Shown one piece after another: positions 24,086 through 33,610 of a DNA stretch of 64,000 bases. The DNA is taken from the NCBI GenBank assembly GCA_029261065.1, contig JAJDCB010000026.1, forward strand, positions 18,715-82,714, read 5' to 3'. Both the position numbers and the translations under genes were made by a program. Source of the stretch: Candidatus Omnitrophota bacterium. GTDB taxonomy: Bacteria > Omnitrophota > Gorgyraeia > Zapsychrales > Zapsychraceae. Numbering within the stretch: position 1 is the first letter of the stretch; each line of letters begins with the position of its first letter. A model generated the notes under the pieces. That model did no database searches. It was not told the DNA's origin and saw only the letters and a program-made list of their open reading frames with translations.

Positions 24086-25429
24086 TTATGAATCTCGTTG
24101 TAAAGTATGGGATAACTCTAAAAGGATATTTTTCATCGAAGAATTTTTACCTTCTTCTCCTTCAATCTTTTTACAAGAATGCAACACAGTTGTGTGGTCT
24201 TTACCTCCAAAGGCATAGCCGATCTCTGGCAAAGACATGTGTGTTAACTTACGCGTGAGAAACATAGCTACTTGGCGCGCGTTTACGATATTTTTATTTC
24301 GCTTTTTAGCCCGCAATTCTGTTACCGGAATATTAAAATATTCAGAGACACATTTTTGCACCTGCTCAACGCTAATCGTTTTGGTTGTTTCTTTAACCAT
24401 ATCTTTAAGAACTACTTTGGCCATGTCTAATGTAATGTCTGTATCATCTAATAAAGAATATGCAGCAACACGAATGAGGGCTCCCTCCAATTCGCGAATG
24501 TTTGTTTGAATTTGTTCGGCAATAAAAATAATAACCTCATCTGGAATGTTGGCCGGTTCCAACTCTGCTTTTTTTCTTAAAATGGCAACGCGCGTTTCAA
24601 AATCTGGAGGTTGAATATCTGTAATAAGTCCCCAGGCAAAACGGGAACTTAACCTCTCCTCTAGATTTGCAATTTCTTTTGGAGGCCTATCAGATGTTAT
24701 GATGATTTGTTTGTGGTTGTTGTGTAGATTATTAAAGGTGTGGAAAAATTCTTCTTGTGTTGATTCTTTACCAGCAATAAATTGAATATCATCAATAAGT
24801 AAAACATCTATCTCTCTATATTTTTTTCTAAAGGCAACAGTTGACCGATGACGAATGGCATCTATCAGTTCGTTTGTGAACTTCTCCGACGACATATAAC
24901 AAATTTTTATATCTGGAGATATCTCTCGAATTTTTTGTGTAACAGCCTGCATAAGATGAGTTTTTCCTAAGCCCACTTGGCCATAAATAAAAAGCGGATT
25001 ATATGCTTTTGCTGGCGATTCGGCAACGGCAAGACTTGCCGCACAGGCGAAACGATTAGATGGGCCGACAACAAAGTTATCAAAATTAAATCGAGTATTT
25101 AAGTTTTGGGAAATGTTTGGGCCCTTTTCTGGAACGACTTGTTGGGCTTCATTTAGTCGTAAGTGAGACTCGTCTTCTAAAATTTGGGAGTTAACCAAAT
25201 ATTCTATTTGAACGCTATACGTGGCGAGATTGTTGACGGTTTCTTGAATATAGGATTCGTAATGTTCTACAATCCAATTTTTAAAGAAATCGTCGGGGGT
25301 TTCGATAATAAGAGTTTCAGGATCTTTTTCTTTAACCTGAATAGTTGAAAACCACGTTTCGTAAGAAGTGGTTCCTACCTTATTTTTAATTTCCTCTTTG
25401 GCTTTATCCCAAATTTCTGAAAGACTCAT
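24086..25429 (-). CDS. dnaA: Chromosomal replication initiator DnaA
   Basis: AAA+ Walker A (GQVGLGKTHLMQA), sensor motifs, and C-terminal DNA-binding domain (VAMFLTRKLTHMSLPEIG). Confidence 0.95.
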   Translation of the reverse strand: MSLSEIWDKAKEEIKNKVGTTSYETWFSTIQVKEKDPETLIIETPDDFFKNWIVEHYESYIQETVNNLATYSVQIEYLVNSQILEDESHLRLNEAQQVVPEKGPNISQNLNTRFNFDNFVVGPSNRFACAASLAVAESPAKAYNPLFIYGQVGLGKTHLMQAVTQKIREISPDIKICYMSSEKFTNELIDAIRHRSTVAFRKKYREIDVLLIDDIQFIAGKESTQEEFFHTFNNLHNNHKQIIITSDRPPKEIANLEERLSSRFAWGLITDIQPPDFETRVAILRKKAELEPANIPDEVIIFIAEQIQTNIRELEGALIRVAAYSLLDDTDITLDMAKVVLKDMVKETTKTISVEQVQKCVSEYFNIPVTELRAKKRNKNIVNARQVAMFLTRKLTHMSLPEIGYAFGGKDHTTVLHSCKKIEGEEGKNSSMKNILLELSHTLQRDS

Positions 25430-25881
25430 ATTTTGACAGATAAATTTCTAACAAACATGACCAGTGGATTACTCCAAAGGTGTATTTGTCTATTATTGTT
25501 AAGGTTAAACGCGTAGAAAAAAGTTGTACACAAGTTTTCCACAGCAGTGAATAAACTTTATTTTCTTTAAGTCCTAGAAAATCTTGATGATGTGTTGATG
25601 TTGTTTCCGCGAGTACTACTTTGAAATGTTTATTTCAAAAGATTGTTTATTATAACAAAGAAATTTTTTATTACAATTCATATTTTAAGTCTCCTATAGC
25701 GATGGGAAACAAATTCAATAAAGATAAAAGCAATATGGTGTAATAAAAGGGTCGTCGATAAAAGAGTTAATTTATGTAGAATTAAAAGTTGTTGGTATCA
25801 CTTAAGATTTAAATCTTTTTGGGATTTATTTAGGGTTAAAACGCTTGACTAACAAAGGCTCTGTGTTATAATCTTCGAATT
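25430..25881. promoter_or_regulatory. Candidate oriC region (dnaA-rpmH intergenic)
   Basis: AT-rich 450-bp spacer at the point where gene orientation diverges. DnaA-box-like TTTTCCACA at ~25525. The same 9-mer (as TGTGGAAAA) lies in the dnaA-dnaN spacer at ~24003. Confidence 0.5.
25845..25872 (+). promoter_or_regulatory. Sigma-70-type promoter for rpmH (TTGACT-N16-TGtTATAAT)
   Basis: -35 TTGACT at 25845-25850 and extended -10 TGTTATAAT at 25864-25872. The ATG at 25882 is only ~10 nt downstream, so the mRNA would be near-leaderless. Confidence 0.5.
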
Positions 25882-26019
25882 ATGAAAAAGAATTTAACTA
25901 CACCAACGATCATAAAAGGTAAACGAACCCACGGTTTTAGAAAAAGAATGCAAACGGCCGATGGGCGCGCTGTGTTAAAAAGACGACGAGCCAAGGGCCG
26001 TACTCGACTGAGCAAGTAG
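25882..26019 (+). CDS. rpmH: 50S ribosomal protein L34
   Basis: [45 protein letters not shown] (45 aa). Below the ORF-track size cutoff, so translated by hand. Confidence 0.9.
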   Translation: MKKNLTTPTIIKGKRTHGFRKRMQTADGRAVLKRRRAKGRTRLSK

Positions 26020-26030
26020 TCCAAACTCCT

Positions 26031-26240
26031 ATGGTTTGGTTTATTACACAAATTATCAAAGTTTATCAAAAAATAAGTCGATACTGCTTCCCACGATGCT
26101 GTCGATATTATCCTTCGTGCTCCCAATACGCCCTAGAATCCATACAAAAGTACGGTGCTTTTAAGGGGCTCTACAAATCAATCATACGTATTCTCAAGTG
26201 TTCACCCTTTTTTAAAGGTGGATTTGATCCTGTAAGGTAA
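26031..26240 (+). CDS. yidD: Membrane protein insertion efficiency factor YidD
   Basis: [19 protein letters not shown] motif. Confidence 0.85.
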   Translation: MVWFITQIIKVYQKISRYCFPRCCRYYPSCSQYALESIQKYGAFKGLYKSIIRILKCSPFFKGGFDPVR

Positions 26241-26244
26241 TATT

Positions 26245-27915
26245 ATGGAAAAACGTTTTGTAATAGCTATAATACTATCCTTTTTAGTATTATATGTATG
26301 GTCGCTCACAAATCCTCAAAAAAGCAAACCACTCCTCCAAAACAAAACATCACAAATTATTGAAAATAAAGAATTTACAGAAAACAAGAGACCTTCTTTA
26401 GATTCAAACACAGATAGACCTGCCCAGCTGGCCCCCAGCAACGACTCCAACATTAAAGAAGAACCCTTTGTTGCTGAAACGAGTAAATTCGTTGCTAGTT
26501 TTTCAAGTATCGGAGGAAATCTTAAGGAAATAACCCTTAAAGAGTACAACCACACTTTACCCGTAAGATTTTTTTTAAACCTACCAGAATTTGAACATGT
26601 ACCATTTGTCTTAAATGATTCCGCCAGAAATTTTGTGTCATATGTATATCAAAATAACGAAATTAAGGTTGTCAAAACATATCATTTGTCCAATGAGGAT
26701 AATTTGATCAATGTTGCGTTGGAAATCACCAATAAAACGGAAATGTCCAAACTGATGGATATCAAAATAGATAGTTTTAGTGTGGATTTTTCCAGTTTGG
26801 ACAAAAAAAGACAGCGGCTAAACATGCTTATGGAGTACGCCATATCACATAACGGAACGATTGACAGAAAGAAAAATATATCTAAGTTTAAGCAAGAGAA
26901 CGATATAGCTGTAAACGACACAGTTAATTGGATCGGTTTTAGAGATCAATATTATTGTACCATTGTACAACCAGAATTTGAGACAAATAGCTACTATATT
27001 GAATCTGTAAACGAGAAAAAGGCTAGATTAGGGATGAAAGTCGTTGAAAACAGGATAGAACCGAATAATAGGGTGACGTTTGAATCTACCGTGTATATAG
27101 GGCCTCAAGATGTAAAACTTTTAAATTCCTATGACAGAGGATTTGAAAAGATAATAAGTTTTGAGATTGGAGGATTTTTTGACATAATGGCCCTTGGCCT
27201 AACAGATAAGATAGCAAAAATATTGTTAATATTACTAAATTTTATACACAAAATTGTCCCAAATTGGGGGATGACGATTATATTATTTGCTGGAGTTATA
27301 TATGGAATAACGTATCCATTTACCTATAAAAGTATGCTTTCTATGAAGAAATCGCAAAGTAGGATGCAGGTTATACAGCCAGAATTAAAGAAGATACAAG
27401 ATAAATATAAAAGCAATCCCAAAAAGATGCAAGAAGAGATAATGAAGATTTACAAAAAGCACAACTTTAACCCTTTAAGTACGTTGGGGGGGTGTTTGCC
27501 TATGTTGTTCCAAATGCCTATATTTGTAAGCCTTTACCAACTTTTATGGAGAAATTACGCCTTTAAAGGGGCCAATTTCTTATGGATTAAGGATCTTTCT
27601 GAGCCGGACAGACTATTTGGGTTACCTTTTAATTTACCTTATTTTGGAAACGAATTCAACATTTTACCAATTCTATACGGGCTGATGATGTTTTTTCAGC
27701 AAAAAATGCAGTCAAAGAATATGACCGTTTCTGATCCCGCCCAGGCTGAAGCTCAAAAGATGATGGCCAAGATATTCCCAGTTATGTTAGGTGTTTTATT
27801 TTACAAATTTGCCAGTGGACTTACACTATATTTTACTGTATACTTCTTGTTGACTACGCTGTCACATTGGAAAATGAACAAGACCCTTAAAATGGAAGAG
27901 CAGAAAGCGGCGTGA
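26245..27915 (+). CDS. yidC: Membrane protein insertase YidC
   Basis: N-terminal TM segment, large periplasmic domain, and C-terminal five-TM Oxa1 core. Confidence 0.9.
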   Translation: MEKRFVIAIILSFLVLYVWSLTNPQKSKPLLQNKTSQIIENKEFTENKRPSLDSNTDRPAQLAPSNDSNIKEEPFVAETSKFVASFSSIGGNLKEITLKEYNHTLPVRFFLNLPEFEHVPFVLNDSARNFVSYVYQNNEIKVVKTYHLSNEDNLINVALEITNKTEMSKLMDIKIDSFSVDFSSLDKKRQRLNMLMEYAISHNGTIDRKKNISKFKQENDIAVNDTVNWIGFRDQYYCTIVQPEFETNSYYIESVNEKKARLGMKVVENRIEPNNRVTFESTVYIGPQDVKLLNSYDRGFEKIISFEIGGFFDIMALGLTDKIAKILLILLNFIHKIVPNWGMTIILFAGVIYGITYPFTYKSMLSMKKSQSRMQVIQPELKKIQDKYKSNPKKMQEEIMKIYKKHNFNPLSTLGGCLPMLFQMPIFVSLYQLLWRNYAFKGANFLWIKDLSEPDRLFGLPFNLPYFGNEFNILPILYGLMMFFQQKMQSKNMTVSDPAQAEAQKMMAKIFPVMLGVLFYKFASGLTLYFTVYFLLTTLSHWKMNKTLKMEEQKAA

Positions 27916-27942
27916 TTAGAGGGTATTTGAAGGAAAGAGGCT

Positions 27943-28143
27943 ATGAACGAAAAATTACATAAAGGAATAGAAGTAGAGGGTACTAACGTAGAAGACGCAA
28001 TAGTGAAGGCTCTAGAGCAGCTAGAGGTAACCAGAGACGAAGTTAACATCAAGATCGTTTGTGAAGAAAAAAAGGGCCTTTTTGGAATGGAAGGGGCTAA
28101 GCCCGCCAAGATAAAGGTAACCCTTAAAGAAAAAACAGAATAA
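27943..28143 (+). CDS. Jag_N-domain-only protein (truncated Jag/KhpB homologue lacking KH/R3H)
   Basis: The 66-aa product matches the Jag N-terminal domain and sits in the jag position after yidC. No KH/R3H coding follows in any frame. Confidence 0.5.
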   Translation: MNEKLHKGIEVEGTNVEDAIVKALEQLEVTRDEVNIKIVCEEKKGLFGMEGAKPAKIKVTLKEKTE

Positions 28144-28187
28144 GGCTTGATTTTTTAGCCATTTATAAGAAAATATATACAGATTAA

Positions 28188-28227
28188 TGTTTCACGTGAA
28201 AACAAATGTTTGAGTTTCACGTGAAAC
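28188..28227. promoter_or_regulatory. Two parS centromere-like sites (TGTTTCACGTGAAAAC and GTTTCACGTGAAAC)
   Basis: Matches to the parS consensus tGTTTCACGTGAAACa at 28188-28203 and 28214-28227, immediately upstream of parA. Confidence 0.7.
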
Positions 28228-28258
28228 GTCAAATAACATTCACCAATCCCAAAGTCCT

Positions 28259-29116
28259 ATGGGAAAAACAATATCCATATGTAATCAGAAAGGCGGCACT
28301 GGTAAAACAACTACCAGTGTTAATCTTTCGGCTTCTTTGGCAGAACTTGGCAAAAAAGTTCTTATTGTTGATGCCGACCCGCAAGGAAATGCAACAAGCG
28401 GGGTAGGGGTTAATAAGAATGAATTAGATATATCTGTATACGATCTTCTTATAAATAAACATACAGCACGGGAAGCCATCATCAAAGACGTCTGTCCTAG
28501 ATTGGACATTGTTCCTTGCAATATTAATCTTACAGCTGCAGAGATAGAACTTGTTGGTGCTTTGTCCAGAGAAACAAGACTAAAAAAAGCGCTAGAACAG
28601 GTTAAAAAAGAGTACGATTTTATATTTATCGATTCGCCACCATCCTTAGGCCTACTAACCTTAAACGCTCTGGTTGCCAGCGACTCTATAATAGTACCTA
28701 TACAATGCGAGTTTTACGCGCTAGAAGGGGTCACACAGCTCTTAAATACTTTAGGTCTAATAAGAGATGGTCTTAATCCGGATTTGGCCATAGAGGGCGT
28801 ATTAATGACCATGGCTGATTACCGGACTAACTTGACGAACGAAGTAATAAAAGAGATAAGTTCCTATTTTAAAGATAAAGTATATAAGGCCGTAATTCCT
28901 AGAAATATACGTTTAAGTGAAGCCCCAAGTCATGGTAAACCCATTAATCATTACGATAACACGTCAATTGGTGCGAAAAAGTATTTGGAGTTGGCACATG
29001 AACTTGTTGGGAAAAATCAAGACGACTATAAAGCTATGCAAGTAAACAGGTTAGGTGGTGTCGAGTCTGAGCGTACTGACGAATCTTCAATTAGTGATCA
29101 AGGTCCCATTGCTTAA
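28259..29116 (+). CDS. parA: Chromosome partitioning ATPase ParA/Soj
   Basis: Deviant Walker A KGGTGKTT. Confidence 0.9.
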   Translation: MGKTISICNQKGGTGKTTTSVNLSASLAELGKKVLIVDADPQGNATSGVGVNKNELDISVYDLLINKHTAREAIIKDVCPRLDIVPCNINLTAAEIELVGALSRETRLKKALEQVKKEYDFIFIDSPPSLGLLTLNALVASDSIIVPIQCEFYALEGVTQLLNTLGLIRDGLNPDLAIEGVLMTMADYRTNLTNEVIKEISSYFKDKVYKAVIPRNIRLSEAPSHGKPINHYDNTSIGAKKYLELAHELVGKNQDDYKAMQVNRLGGVESERTDESSISDQGPIA

Positions 29117-29218
29117 TTAATTTAATTTGTTCATATTTTGAACGTAAAATACGTTGTTAGTAAAGAAATTCAATATTTAGCTTTATCCGTATCTGAAGAA
29201 TAAAACATAGGGGGATAA

Positions 29219-30070
29219 ATGGATAACAAAGCCTTAGGCAAAGGTCTTTCAGCCTTAATACCTGAAAAAGCAGAAGAAGCTATTAAACCACAAGATGGTT
29301 TAATGCAGCTAAAAATTGAGAGTATAAAAGATAACAGTTTACAGCCTCGCGTTAATTACGATGAGTCAAAACTTGATGAGCTTAAAGCATCCATTAAAGA
29401 GAAGGGTGTGTTACAACCCATTTTGGTAAGACAAAAAGGGGATGGGTATGAAGTTGTTGCAGGTGAGCGACGGTTAAAAGCAGCAAGGGCCCTAAATTTA
29501 AAAGAATTGCCTGTTATTATTAAAGAAGTTTCGGATAAAGAGGCTTTTGTCATCGCCCTTGTTGAAAACATTCAACGCGAAGATTTAAATCCTATTGAGG
29601 AAGCTCAATCTTACAAAAAGTTAATGGAAGAATTTTATTATACACAAGAGGATGTCGCCAAATCTGTTGGAAAAAATAGAACAACAGTTAGCAACATGAT
29701 GCGATTGCTTAAGCTACCTGAAGAGATACAACAAAGTTTGTTCGAGGGTGTTTTAACAGTGGGCCATGCACGCGCATTGTTGGCGGTAGAATCTCTCGTC
29801 GATAAAAAGAAATTATTTGAAGAAACAATTAAAAATAAATATTCAGTTAGAGATTTAGAAAGTAGAATTCGTCGTTTAGAGCAAGCTGGATCAAAACCGA
29901 AAAAAGCACAGAAACAAAAAATGCCAGAGTTGTTGGTGTTAGAAGACAACTTACAGAAAACGTTAGGAACAAAAGTGAACATTTCGTCATCTAAAAAAAG
30001 AGGAAAGATCACAATTGACTATTATTCTTTCGATGACTTAGATAGAATTTTACAATTAATAAAAAAATGA
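29219..30070 (+). CDS. parB: Chromosome partitioning protein ParB/Spo0J
   Basis: ParB box (GERRLKAA) and HTH (TQEDVAKSVGKNRTTVSNMMRLL). Confidence 0.9.
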   Translation: MDNKALGKGLSALIPEKAEEAIKPQDGLMQLKIESIKDNSLQPRVNYDESKLDELKASIKEKGVLQPILVRQKGDGYEVVAGERRLKAARALNLKELPVIIKEVSDKEAFVIALVENIQREDLNPIEEAQSYKKLMEEFYYTQEDVAKSVGKNRTTVSNMMRLLKLPEEIQQSLFEGVLTVGHARALLAVESLVDKKKLFEETIKNKYSVRDLESRIRRLEQAGSKPKKAQKQKMPELLVLEDNLQKTLGTKVNISSSKKRGKITIDYYSFDDLDRILQLIKK

Positions 30071-30570
30071 AAGAGCCAGCCCTTATAATTATTAAACCAG
30101 ACGCTATTAGTAAAAAACTAGTAGGCCATGTTATAACAAAGTTTTCTCAGACAGGTCTAGAGATGGTTGCCATTAGTATAACAAAAGCCACGAAAAGATT
30201 AGCCGAGGAACATTACCGACACATTAAGGATGAGCCTTTTTTCGACGGGGTGATATCTTATTTGATGGGACGATATCACGTGGAGAAAAAATTGTTGGCC
30301 ATTATTTTTTATGGAGAAGGTGCCATAAAAAAATGTCGAAAGATCGCAGGAGCCACCAACCCTGAGGATGCTCAGCCAGCAAGTATTCGAGGATCTTTTG
30401 GACGTATTACAACAAAAGGTATTTATGAAAACGTTGTACATGTTTCTTCAGATAAAGGGGAAGCTGAAAGAGAAATAAAATTGTGGTTTGATCCTATCGA
30501 TGTCACTGCTAATTTATATAAGACGAAACTAATATCTGATCAGTCTAAAAAAAGAAGGGTTTGGGCATGA
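30067..30570 (+). CDS. ndk: Nucleoside diphosphate kinase (variant active-site context HVSSD)
   Basis: IIKPDA...FFDGVISYL...IRGSFG...NVVHVSSD. The catalytic His is present but the usual HGSD is HVSS. Confidence 0.75.
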   Translation: MKEPALIIIKPDAISKKLVGHVITKFSQTGLEMVAISITKATKRLAEEHYRHIKDEPFFDGVISYLMGRYHVEKKLLAIIFYGEGAIKKCRKIAGATNPEDAQPASIRGSFGRITTKGIYENVVHVSSDKGEAEREIKLWFDPIDVTANLYKTKLISDQSKKRRVWA

Positions 30571-31388
30571 TAAAAGGAATGACGGGTTTTGGACACACTC
30601 AAATTATGATGGGCAAGGTTAAGGCTGTTATAGAGGTTAAAAGTTTAAATCATCGATACTTTGACGTTAATTATTATTTGCCTGTTGGGTTTGGTTCCGT
30701 GGAAAATAAGATTAGAACGTTAGCCCAAAAATTTATTCAAAGGGGACGAATTACAATAGCCATTAAAATTACGGAAAAGCCACCGCAAACAATTACGTTA
30801 AATAAAGAGGCTATTAAGACCCATTTAAAATACGCAAATGTTGTTAAAAGAGAATTTAAGCTTTCAAACGATTTAACCCTTTCTGATTTAGTCAAGCTTC
30901 CAGGGGTTTACGAAATTAAAGAAAATTTGGTAACGCCTGATGGCCTGTGGAATGCGATAGATAAGGGTCTTAAAAAAGCTCTGGTTAGTTTGGAATCTAT
31001 GCGAAAAAGAGAGGGTGTTAGTCTTGCAAAGGATATAGCAGATAAGCTAAGGCGAATGTTGTTGCAAAAAAAGAAGATACAATCGAGAACCAAAACTTTT
31101 TTAAGCGAGAAGAAAAAATTGTTAAACCTCGATGAATTTAAATCTCTTCAGAAAAGTTGTGATGTTAATGAAGAAATTACGCGGTTAACACATTATATTG
31201 AAGAAATGAAGCTCCTATTAAAAAGTAAAGTTCCTGTTGGGAAAAAAATTGATTTTGTCGCACAAGAAATGCAAAGAGAAACGAATACGATTGGTTCGAA
31301 GTTGCAAGATAAAGTTGTATCAAATTCAGTTATTGCTTTAAAAAGTAAAATTGAAAAAATTCGTGAACAGGCGCAAAACATCGAATAA
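30561..31388 (+). CDS. yicC: YicC-family stress-induced protein
   Basis: N-terminal MTGFG motif and C-terminal DUF1732-like region. Canonical yicC-gmk-rpoZ order. Confidence 0.75.
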   Translation: MGMIKGMTGFGHTQIMMGKVKAVIEVKSLNHRYFDVNYYLPVGFGSVENKIRTLAQKFIQRGRITIAIKITEKPPQTITLNKEAIKTHLKYANVVKREFKLSNDLTLSDLVKLPGVYEIKENLVTPDGLWNAIDKGLKKALVSLESMRKREGVSLAKDIADKLRRMLLQKKKIQSRTKTFLSEKKKLLNLDEFKSLQKSCDVNEEITRLTHYIEEMKLLLKSKVPVGKKIDFVAQEMQRETNTIGSKLQDKVVSNSVIALKSKIEKIREQAQNIE

Positions 31389-31436
31389 CATAGGGTCAAG
31401 CAAGTAGCCCCCAAAGTATGTATCATTCGAAAAAAA

Positions 31437-31997
31437 ATGAAAACTAAGGGCAAAATAGTTATCCTTTCCGGCCCTTCAGGTTCTGGCAAAACAACGTTAT
31501 ACAGAAAATTATTGGCGAATTATTCTTCGCTTGTTAAATCTATTTCTGTAACAACTCGCCCCCGTCGAAAAGGTGAAACTCACGGCCGGGACTATTTTTT
31601 TGTCAGCACGAAAATGTTTTTATATAAAAAACGTGCAGGCCACTTTTTGGAATCTCAAAAGGTTTTTGATAACTATTATGGCACTCCAAAAAAGAACGTA
31701 AAGGATTTGATGAATGAAGGAAACAATGTTCTTTTGTGTATTGATGTAAAAGGTGCCAATGTTGTTGGTAACAGGTTTTCAAAGGCCACAAAAATTTTTG
31801 TCAAAACGCCTTCATTAATTAGTCTCAGAGAAAGGCTGGAAATAAGAGGTACGGAGTCCAAAGAGACCATTAATTTGCGCTTAAGAAGAGCCAAAGAAGA
31901 ACTTGAACAGGCTTCAGAATACGATTATGTCGTTGTTAATGATAACTTAGAAGAAGCTTTTGCTAAGCTAAGTAAGATTATTGAAAAAACACTGTAA
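31437..31997 (+). CDS. gmk: Guanylate kinase
   Basis: GPSGSGKTTL P-loop. Confidence 0.9.
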   Translation: MKTKGKIVILSGPSGSGKTTLYRKLLANYSSLVKSISVTTRPRRKGETHGRDYFFVSTKMFLYKKRAGHFLESQKVFDNYYGTPKKNVKDLMNEGNNVLLCIDVKGANVVGNRFSKATKIFVKTPSLISLRERLEIRGTESKETINLRLRRAKEELEQASEYDYVVVNDNLEEAFAKLSKIIEKTL

Positions 31998-32199
31998 GTT
32001 ATTTATTTTCAACGCTAAATACCTAGAGAAGGCAATTTAAGGTTGATTTTCTTCTCATAAGTTTTTTTTGACATTATAGAGCGGTTATGTTAGATTATTC
32101 CCTATTATTGAACCATATAATATGGGGATTTTTTTTATTGTCAGTAAAGGCCTTTTTATTCCTAGAAAGGTCTCAATGTTTAAAAAGGGAGCTTAAAAG

Positions 32200-32490
32200 A
32201 TGTCAAAGATTCCACTAGAAGATTTATTGCCTAAATCAGATTGGAGTATCTATCGATTGGCTCGTATGGCGTCCATTCGTGCTATGGAGTTGGCAGAGGG
32301 TAGAGCTCGACTTACTAAAGAAACTGAGTCTGAAAAAGAGGCGACGATTGCATTAGAAGAAATTTATCAAGGTCTTGTTGTTTCAAAAGAGGCTTGCGAT
32401 AAGTTTCCTACTCCAGAAGATAAGAAAGTTGTTCTTCAGGAAAGTGTTGAAGAAGAAAAAAAAGTACCGGCCACAAGTGAAGCGAAATAA
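32200..32490 (+). CDS. rpoZ: DNA-directed RNA polymerase omega subunit
   Basis: SIYRLARMASIRAMELAEG omega core motif. Sits in the gmk-rpoZ-coaBC context. Confidence 0.65.
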   Translation: MSKIPLEDLLPKSDWSIYRLARMASIRAMELAEGRARLTKETESEKEATIALEEIYQGLVVSKEACDKFPTPEDKKVVLQESVEEEKKVPATSEAK

Positions 32491-32491
32491 C

Positions 32492-33037
32492 GTGGGTGAA
32501 AAAAAACGAATTATATTAGGGGTTACAGGAAGCATTGCTGCGTATAAATCCGCAGATTTAACGCGAGGCCTTATCGAGAAGGGCTTACGCGTTTCCGTTG
32601 TTTTGACAAAAAAGGCAGAACATTTTATTACCCCGTTGACATTAGCTAGTCTTTCTGGAGAAAAAGTTTTTAGAGGGATGATTGATCAAGAGAATGATTC
32701 TTGGCAGATGCCGCATATTGAGTTAGCGAAGAATGCTGACTTGTTATTAATTGCACCAGCGACGGCGAATGTCATTGCGAAGATAGCACATGGCCTAGCA
32801 GACGATCTTTTAACATGCGTAACTCTTGCCACAAAGGCTCCCGTTTTACTAGCTCCCGCGATGAATACCGAAATGTTTCACAACAGTATCGTAGAAGATA
32901 ATTGCGAACGTCTACAGAAAAATGGTATGACATTTATAAAACCTGTTGAGGGTAAATTGGCTTGTGGTGTGTTTGGCGACGGTCATATTGCAGAAGAAGA
33001 GACGATTATAAATTCGGTTTTGGAGCATCTCAAATAA
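32492..33037 (+). CDS. coaC: Phosphopantothenoylcysteine decarboxylase (CoaC flavoprotein, stand-alone)
   Basis: GVTGSIAAYK flavin-binding motif. Start re-assigned to GTG 32492 one nt after the rpoZ stop; the longer track ORF overlaps rpoZ. Confidence 0.8.
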   Translation: MGEKKRIILGVTGSIAAYKSADLTRGLIEKGLRVSVVLTKKAEHFITPLTLASLSGEKVFRGMIDQENDSWQMPHIELAKNADLLLIAPATANVIAKIAHGLADDLLTCVTLATKAPVLLAPAMNTEMFHNSIVEDNCERLQKNGMTFIKPVEGKLACGVFGDGHIAEEETIINSVLEHLK

Positions 33038-33044
33038 TATATGC

Positions 33045-33116
33045 GGCGTGGTAGCCAAGTGGTAAGGCGGAGGTCTGCAAAACCTTTATTCACCGGTTCG
33101 ATTCCGGTCCACGCCT
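33045..33116 (+). tRNA. tRNA-Cys (GCA)
   Basis: Hand-folded cloverleaf: acceptor GGCGTGG/CCACGCC and anticodon loop CTGCAAA. Confidence 0.85.
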
Positions 33117-33165
33117 TCCTTTTGCCCGTTCTCTAAATGTTTTAAGAAAAAGGGCAAAGATGGTT

Positions 33166-33205
33166 CTTCGAAGCTCAAACGCGCAAGCATTTGAGCGTAG
33201 TAGAA
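33166..33205. repeat. Palindromic repeat family B copy 1 (cttcgaaGCTCAAA-N10-TTTGAGCgtagtag), inverted orientation
   Basis: Same architecture as the elements at 33433 and 33611. Confidence 0.6.
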
Positions 33206-33432
33206 TGATGTCGTGTTGATATTTTTAACTATTACGTGATCCCCGCTTTCGCGGGGATGACATTATTATTTTGTCATTCCCACTAAAGTGGGAATCCATA
33301 GCCGGATGTAGAAAAAAGTTTAAATTTTTTTTCTTCAATCTGACTTTTGACGCAGCCTGAAAAGTGGGAAACAATCAGTAAAAATTTACTTTTTGCTTTT
33401 TAATAATACATTTAGTATTCGCACGTGGGCCC

Positions 33433-33470
33433 TACTACGTTCAAATATTTACATGTTTGAACTTCGAAGG
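33433..33470. repeat. Palindromic repeat family B copy 2 (ctactacGTTCAAA-N10-TTTGAACttcgaagg)
   Basis: 7-bp stem GTTCAAA/TTTGAAC with conserved ctacg/cgaagg flanks. Confidence 0.6.
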
Positions 33471-33524
33471 ACCCAATTCGCTGTAATACTTACGACAAAA
33501 ACCGTCGTAAGTATAACGCTCATT

Positions 33525-33607
33525 GGGCAAGTGGTGGAATGGCATACACGTTGGACTTAAAATCCAATGGCCGTAAGGCCGTGTGGGTTCGACTCCCACC
33601 TTGCCCA
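33525..33607 (+). tRNA. tRNA-Leu (UAA), class II long variable arm
   Basis: Acceptor GGGCAAG/CTTGCCC and anticodon loop CTTAAAA. Confidence 0.85.
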
Positions 33608-33610
33608 TCC

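Noticed and set aside
25866-26126. Minus-strand 86-aa ORF
   Set aside because: Antisense to rpmH and the yidD start, which have unambiguous protein signatures.
32375-32491. Upstream extension of coaC overlapping rpoZ out of frame
   Set aside because: CoaC's conserved N-terminus (ILGVTGS) starts just after GTG 32492, one nt past the rpoZ stop.
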